A stretch of 64,000 nucleotides of DNA from Patescibacteria group bacterium (lineage in GTDB: Bacteria; Patescibacteriota; Microgenomatia; UBA1400; PJMF01): positions 265,417-329,416 of the forward strand of contig JBDTME010000001.1 in assembly GCA_039934415.1 (NCBI GenBank), given 5' to 3'. A model generated the notes under the pieces. That model was given only the letters and a program-made list of their open reading frames with translations. It did not search any database and was not told the DNA's origin. Positions 58,951-64,000 of the stretch are shown here, in pieces. Each line of letters begins with the position of its first letter. Position 1 is the stretch's first letter. A program made the translations under genes and the position numbers.

Positions 58951-60975
58951 ATGAATACGCTACAAAACCAATCACCTACTATTGAAGATCAAGAGTTGCT
59001 CAAAGCGCTCAATCCAGACCAACTTGCTGCAGTCCAACATGAGGGCGGACCCGCAATGGTATTGGCTGGAGCTGGCAGTGGCAAGACGCGAGTATTAACA
59101 ACACGAGTCGCATGGCTGATGAAAAAACATCATCTTCCTCCAGAAGCAATTTTGTTAGTCACTTTTACAAATAAAGCGGCAGGTGAGATGAATGAACGTG
59201 TCGAGCGACAAACCGGATTCCGATTACCCTTTTCCGGCACTTTTCATAGAATTTCTGCTCGCATTCTTCGTGTTGATGGACACCACATTGGTCTAACAAG
59301 CAGCTTTATCATCTATGACTCAGATGACCAACAACAACTCATTAAAAGTATTTTGAAACAACTTGGCTACGATCACAAAGAGTTCAAGCCCGGTGCTATT
59401 ATCGGCATGATTTCCAATGCCAAAAACGAGATGATTTCACCCGACAAATATAAGAGCATGGCTCACGGCAAGTATCAAGAAGCCGCTGCTCGCGTATATA
59501 AGGTATATCAATTTGAGTTGAAGAAAAATAATGCTGTCGATTTTGACGATCTCTTATTAAAAACATTAGAACTGTTTCATACGCATCCTGAGGTCTTAGC
59601 GAAATATCAGCGCTTATTTGAACACGTACTCGTCGATGAGTATCAGGACACCAATAAAGCACAGTACTTGATGACAAAACTGTTGGCAGCTCCTCAAAAT
59701 AATTTATTTGTTGTCGGTGATGCCGCTCAAGCTATCTATAGCTGGCGGGGAGCCGATTACCGAAACTTGTCACAACTCAAAATTGATTTTCCTGATATTT
59801 CTGAGTATCGCCTGGAACAAAATTATCGATCAACGCAAACTATCTTGGATGCTGCTTCACGAGTGATCGAAAATAACACGACTCATCCAGTACTAGACCT
59901 CTGGACCGAAATGACCGGTGTCAGTCACCCTATTTTGATTTATGGGCTCAAGGATAATCAGGAAGAAGCACGAAAAGTAGCAGAAATCATTGGCAAACAA
60001 TATGCTCGCGAAGAGTACGATGAAGTCGCTATTCTCTATCGGACAAACGCACAAAGTCGAAGTTTTGAAGAAGCGTTTTTATCTCGGGGTATTCCGTATC
60101 GAATTGTCGGTGGCGTCAAATTCTATGCGCGCAAAGAAATTAAAGATTTGCTAAGTTATTTGAGACTCGTTTTAAATCCGAACGAAACAGTCAGTTTGGA
60201 ACGTGTCAGTAAAGTTGGTAAACGACGATATGAACAGTTCGATCGCTGGCGTGCTGGCTTATTACAGCTCGCAGTAACGTTAACACCTCTCGAGATGCTT
60301 GATCAAATTCTAGAAGCGACCAAGTATAAAGATTTTTTTGACGCCAATGACACAGAAGATATTTCTCGATTAGAAAATATTGAAGAGCTCCGTTCTGTCG
60401 CTGCTCAATTTCCTGATTTGGATCAATTCTTAGAGAATGTAGCACTCGTTGATAACTCGGCAACTTCCCAACGTGATTTGATTGATGTGGCGACCGGGAA
60501 TCCCAATGAACAGATGATTACCTTAATGAGTCTGCACTCTGCCAAAGGGTTGGAATACGAATCCGTTTTTCTTGTCGGCATGGAAGAAGGACTCTTCCCT
60601 CATTCACGCTCACTGATGGACCGTGATCAAATGGAAGAAGAGCGACGATTATGTTATGTGGGAATAACGCGTGCTAAAAATCGATTGTATTTGACGTATG
60701 CAGCTCAACGATTTTTCTATGGCAGTTTGTCGGCATCGACAACATCTCGATTTTTAAAAGAAATTCCAGAAGAGTTAGTCCAGGTTGAAATTGTTGAGTC
60801 GCGTAATTCATATCAATCTTCGTATGGCAGCATGAATCCAAACGTTGCTCGTCGCTATCAATTTAGTTCTAAACCTACTCCCCAAAAAGAAAAACGTCGC
60901 CTCGTTGTGGATGATGGAGAACTTGACGACATCTTGAGCGGAGATATTGATTTAGATGCTTGGTTGAAGAAGTAA
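58951..60975 (+). CDS. pcrA: UvrD/PcrA-type ATP-dependent DNA helicase
   Basis: LNPDQLAAV, Walker A AGAGSGKTRVLT and helicase motifs through VGITRAK. Confidence 0.85.
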   Translation: MNTLQNQSPTIEDQELLKALNPDQLAAVQHEGGPAMVLAGAGSGKTRVLTTRVAWLMKKHHLPPEAILLVTFTNKAAGEMNERVERQTGFRLPFSGTFHRISARILRVDGHHIGLTSSFIIYDSDDQQQLIKSILKQLGYDHKEFKPGAIIGMISNAKNEMISPDKYKSMAHGKYQEAAARVYKVYQFELKKNNAVDFDDLLLKTLELFHTHPEVLAKYQRLFEHVLVDEYQDTNKAQYLMTKLLAAPQNNLFVVGDAAQAIYSWRGADYRNLSQLKIDFPDISEYRLEQNYRSTQTILDAASRVIENNTTHPVLDLWTEMTGVSHPILIYGLKDNQEEARKVAEIIGKQYAREEYDEVAILYRTNAQSRSFEEAFLSRGIPYRIVGGVKFYARKEIKDLLSYLRLVLNPNETVSLERVSKVGKRRYEQFDRWRAGLLQLAVTLTPLEMLDQILEATKYKDFFDANDTEDISRLENIEELRSVAAQFPDLDQFLENVALVDNSATSQRDLIDVATGNPNEQMITLMSLHSAKGLEYESVFLVGMEEGLFPHSRSLMDRDQMEEERRLCYVGITRAKNRLYLTYAAQRFFYGSLSASTTSRFLKEIPEELVQVEIVESRNSYQSSYGSMNPNVARRYQFSSKPTPQKEKRRLVVDDGELDDILSGDIDLDAWLKK

Positions 60976-60989
60976 AAAGATTTACTCGA

Positions 60990-62114
60990 TCACTTCTCAC
61001 TTTCCTTTTTTAGGAGATCTAAGATTTTTTGCTTTTCTTTACCTTCCATCCATCTAGGTTGACCATAATTTTCGATCCAAATCGGGAAAAAGGCCACGTC
61101 GACCAGGTTTCTCCCTTGAAACGTATATTTTCCAACTATACCTTGACGTGTTTCAGTCGACCACATCTGATCAAACACAAAGTTACCGTGTGAGTACGTA
61201 ATCAGTTTTTCTTTGTACCATTCTACTGGTTCGATCCAGTGAGGATGATTACCCACCACTAAATCAGCACCCAGATCAATCACTCGATGCGCCAGCTCTT
61301 TTTGTCGGCCAGTTGGTTGATAGCGATACTCTTCGCCCCAATGAAATTGAACTATCACCACATCAGCATTTTGCTTGGCCGCAGCAATCTCTGTTTGCAT
61401 CCGTTGGTCATCCACGTCAGCGACAAAACCATACTTTTCGACATCGTTATACCCTAAGAAAGCAAATTTTACTCCTTTGACTATTTTGAACACCGGTTGC
61501 TGTATACCAGTCACCAGAAAGCCATTTTGATTTAACAACTGGTTGGTATCGATGACACCTTGCTTGCCAGCATTGCCAGCATGGTTATTGGCAAAGTTAA
61601 CGACATCAATGCCTGCAAATAGTAATCCCTGAACATTTTTTTGATCACCGCAAAATACCATGCCATCTGTTCTAATCGGGCAACTATCAACGAGTGGTGT
61701 TTCCAAATTAATCATCGTAATGTCTGCACTCTTTAACACTTCTGCTGTTTTTTCAAAAGGCCACTCAAAGTTATTTAGGCTGGTTGTTTTCTGGTTTACA
61801 GAACGCGCTGGCAATACATCACCAGTCATTAAAACAGTGACACAATCGCTACATTCAAAAGAAGAGAACGAGTTGTTTGCAAAAATTTGCGTGCGATCAA
61901 CTGGTGGGAGTTGTTGTGGCTGTAAAAGTTGAGTGCCAGTATTTCCAAACCAGTTTTGCACAAATGGATAATTGAGTGGAGCACCTGCAGAAATTGTTCC
62001 AGTTTTCCATTTTTTACTTAGTTGAAAAGCAAAACTTGACACAACAACAGCAATTGAAAAGATGAGCGTGATTTTGAAAAGTGTTTTATTCATCGAGACT
62101 ATGATATCAGACAT
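60990..62114 (-). CDS. CapA/PgsA-family metallophosphoesterase (poly-gamma-glutamate synthesis CapA-like)
   Basis: N-terminal TM helix and MTGDVLPAR, FANNHAGNAG, GNHPHW motifs. Confidence 0.65.
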   Translation of the reverse strand: MSDIIVSMNKTLFKITLIFSIAVVVSSFAFQLSKKWKTGTISAGAPLNYPFVQNWFGNTGTQLLQPQQLPPVDRTQIFANNSFSSFECSDCVTVLMTGDVLPARSVNQKTTSLNNFEWPFEKTAEVLKSADITMINLETPLVDSCPIRTDGMVFCGDQKNVQGLLFAGIDVVNFANNHAGNAGKQGVIDTNQLLNQNGFLVTGIQQPVFKIVKGVKFAFLGYNDVEKYGFVADVDDQRMQTEIAAAKQNADVVIVQFHWGEEYRYQPTGRQKELAHRVIDLGADLVVGNHPHWIEPVEWYKEKLITYSHGNFVFDQMWSTETRQGIVGKYTFQGRNLVDVAFFPIWIENYGQPRWMEGKEKQKILDLLKKESEK

Positions 62115-62166
62115 AGAGTCACTCTTGAGAATTGTTTTTTTAGGGTCAATTTTTGCCTAAAAATAT

Positions 62167-62190
62167 AATGTGTAACAAAATGTGTAACAA
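62167..62190. repeat. tandem direct repeat 2 x AATGTGTAACAA in a divergent promoter region
   Basis: Perfect 12-bp unit repeated head-to-tail immediately after a TATAAT hexamer. Confidence 0.5.
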
Positions 62191-62269
62191 TTGAGATTTG
62201 GTCTGAGTGTAGAGACAAAAACCACACTTTCCTCTACCTTTCAGTTCTTACTTCCGGTAAACTTGAGTT

Positions 62270-63559
62270 ATGAATATTGCAATTATCGGTGCTGGTTTTA
62301 CTGGTCTAGCTGCTGCTTGGGATCTACGAAAAGGTGGTCACACAGTTACTATTTTTGAAGCGAATGCTTTTCCTGGCGGCTTGGCTGCTGGTTTTCGACA
62401 AAAAGAATGGGAATGGTCAGTTGAACATCACTACCATCACATTTTTCGTAGTGATAAAGCAATTCAAGAGTTGATTCAGGAAATGGATTTAGAGGACTTA
62501 TTATTTTTCTCGGCGGTTAAAACGTCCACTCGATATGAAGGCCATCAATTTCGCCTCGACTCTCCAATGAGTCTGTTGTTAGCACCAGTTTTATCAGTCC
62601 AGTCAAAACTTCGTACTGCTGCCACTTTGGCCTTTTTAAAGTTGTGGCCATTTTGGAGATTTTTGGATTCAATGACTGCTCAAAAATTCATTATCAAAAC
62701 AATGGGTCAAGAGTCTTGGAAAATTTTGTGGGAACCACTGTTTATCGGGAAATTTGGCAAATACGCCTCCGATATCAATGCTGCGTGGTTTTGGTCCCGG
62801 ATTCACGTGCGTTCAGCGGAGTTAGGTTACTTTCGCGGAGGGTTTTTAAAACTGGCAGAAGGAATGACAGAATTACTAAAAAAAGAAGGTACGACTTTCC
62901 AGTTTGAGACACCTGTCAGCTCAATCGAACGCAACGAAAAAAAAGGTGTGATTGAGATCAGGACGACAGGAACAAGTAAAGTTTCTGTATTTGATCAGGT
63001 ACTAGTAACTAGCCCAGCACCGGTCTTTGCCAAAATTGTTCATGGGTTATCTGACGAATTTAAAAAGAAAATCACTTCTTTGAAAGGCTTAGCAGCTGTC
63101 ACGTTGGTCCTGGAACTGGATACACCTTTCTTCGCTGACAAATCATACTGGCTAAATATCAATGAACAAAACTGGCCGTTTTTAGCAGTTGTAGAACATA
63201 CTCAATTTACTGGCACACATCCCTATAATAACAAAACAATTCTGTTTGTCGGGAAATACCTAGAAAACACTACCCCTCAATACTCAATGAGTAAGGTAGA
63301 GTTATTGAAATTGTACCAACCATTCCTTGAAAAACTTTCTCCACACTTCGAACATCACATTACAAACTCTTGGCTGTTTCATGCACCATTTGCACAACCA
63401 ATCGTAGAAAAACAGCATCAGAAATTGGTTCCCTCTGTCAGCACTCCGATTGAAAACGTATACTGGAGTTCAATGCAACACGTCTATCCTTGGGACCGTG
63501 GTACTAACTACGCAGTCGCACTCGGTCGACGATCTGCTCAAAAAATGATGCACCTCTAA
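62270..63559 (+). CDS. FAD-dependent oxidoreductase (amine-oxidase/phytoene-desaturase-like fold)
   Basis: MNIAIIGAGFTGLAAAWDL...FEANAFPGGLA dinucleotide-binding signature. Confidence 0.6.
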   Translation: MNIAIIGAGFTGLAAAWDLRKGGHTVTIFEANAFPGGLAAGFRQKEWEWSVEHHYHHIFRSDKAIQELIQEMDLEDLLFFSAVKTSTRYEGHQFRLDSPMSLLLAPVLSVQSKLRTAATLAFLKLWPFWRFLDSMTAQKFIIKTMGQESWKILWEPLFIGKFGKYASDINAAWFWSRIHVRSAELGYFRGGFLKLAEGMTELLKKEGTTFQFETPVSSIERNEKKGVIEIRTTGTSKVSVFDQVLVTSPAPVFAKIVHGLSDEFKKKITSLKGLAAVTLVLELDTPFFADKSYWLNINEQNWPFLAVVEHTQFTGTHPYNNKTILFVGKYLENTTPQYSMSKVELLKLYQPFLEKLSPHFEHHITNSWLFHAPFAQPIVEKQHQKLVPSVSTPIENVYWSSMQHVYPWDRGTNYAVALGRRSAQKMMHL

Positions 63560-63560
63560 T

Positions 63561-64000
63561 ATGAATCGCACTCCTGTCCATCACACTCCTAAAGTTCCCA
63601 CTGGTCACACGCGTTTTAATTTTGGCCGACACGCCAAGAAACCAAATCAGCTATTCTTACGTGCAGTCGTGGACGGTGATTTCTTTGATAAAAACAGATG
63701 GCGATTCAGATCCTCTTTCTTCAAAAAATATCGCGAACAAATAATCGACTCGATCGTACTGTTCGTTACCTTCTTGTTCAGCGCCTGGCTCATGTTTTGG
63801 ACGTTTCAATATCATGATGGTCAGTTCGTCATGATAGGTAGAGTGTGGAGTGATTTTGCGGCTCATATTCCGCTCATTCGATCCTTTTCATTAGGACACA
63901 ACTTTCCGACTGAGTATCCTACCTTTCCAGGTGAACCTATTCGATATCACTACTTATTCTTCTTGATCGCGGGTGTGTTGGAAAAAATTGGGTTTAATAT
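63561..64000 (+). CDS. polytopic membrane protein, 5' partial (runs off the window), possibly a GT39/GT83-like glycosyltransferase
   Basis: ATG at 63561 one base after the upstream stop, open to the window end as read by hand. Hydrophobic helices and a YPTFPGEPIRYHY loop. Not in the track because no stop is present. Confidence 0.35.
   Translation, partial: MNRTPVHHTPKVPTGHTRFNFGRHAKKPNQLFLRAVVDGDFFDKNRWRFRSSFFKKYREQIIDSIVLFVTFLFSAWLMFWTFQYHDGQFVMIGRVWSDFAAHIPLIRSFSLGHNFPTEYPTFPGEPIRYHYLFFLIAGVLEKIGFN

Noticed and set aside
1-64000. CRISPR arrays or cas genes
   Set aside because: No regularly spaced direct repeats of 25-40 bp were seen. The only repeats are the 12-bp tandem at 62167 and the divergent 147-bp and 230-bp duplications.

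Overview
This is a low-GC (roughly 35-40% by eye), gene-dense bacterial fragment with short intergenic spacers and many 4-nt start/stop overlaps. The gene content makes a reduced-genome, Patescibacteria/CPR-like organism the likely source, but that is inference. That content includes bacterial RNase P RNA, RecA, RNase Y, PcrA, a SipW/TasA-like pair and lamin-tail-domain surface proteins. Housekeeping genes: sppA, a CcdA-thioredoxin fusion, miaB-miaA, an AI-2E transporter, yifB/comM, pyrH, tatD-metG, rmuC, recA, rny, trmD, a tpiA-pgk-gap operon, pcrA, a VIT transporter, and dTDP-rhamnose and GDP-deoxyhexose sugar genes. Two tRNAs missing from the ORF track were found, tRNA-Cys(GCA) at 4364-4437 and tRNA-Pro(GGG) at 33022-33098 on the minus strand, plus an RNase P RNA at about 8628-8940 on the minus strand with its own promoter and a bidirectional terminator. 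The main non-core region is a mosaic island of about 10 kb at roughly 23.3-33.1 kb. It lies between an atypical OmpR-type regulator and recA and ends at tRNA-Pro, which a large serine recombinase gene overlaps. The island carries a Replic_Relax protein, XRE regulators (one frameshifted in a poly-A run), a truncated IS4/IS5-type transposase fused to a duplicated 3' fragment of the regulator gene, and a 500-bp gene of about 55-60% GC with its own terminator. It also carries a tightly coupled three-gene module: a NodU/CmcH-type carbamoyltransferase, a nitrilase-superfamily C-N hydrolase, and an unknown N-terminal domain fused to a CobA/CobO/BtuR-type P-loop adenosyltransferase. That module is the best candidate for an undescribed system, with function unknown. 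At 44-55 kb there is a surface-protein locus (TasA-like, SipW, LTD, FN3 and CAP-domain proteins) followed by an exopolysaccharide operon (nucleotide-sugar dehydrogenase, QxxRW GT2 synthase, NodB deacetylase). No CRISPR array was seen.
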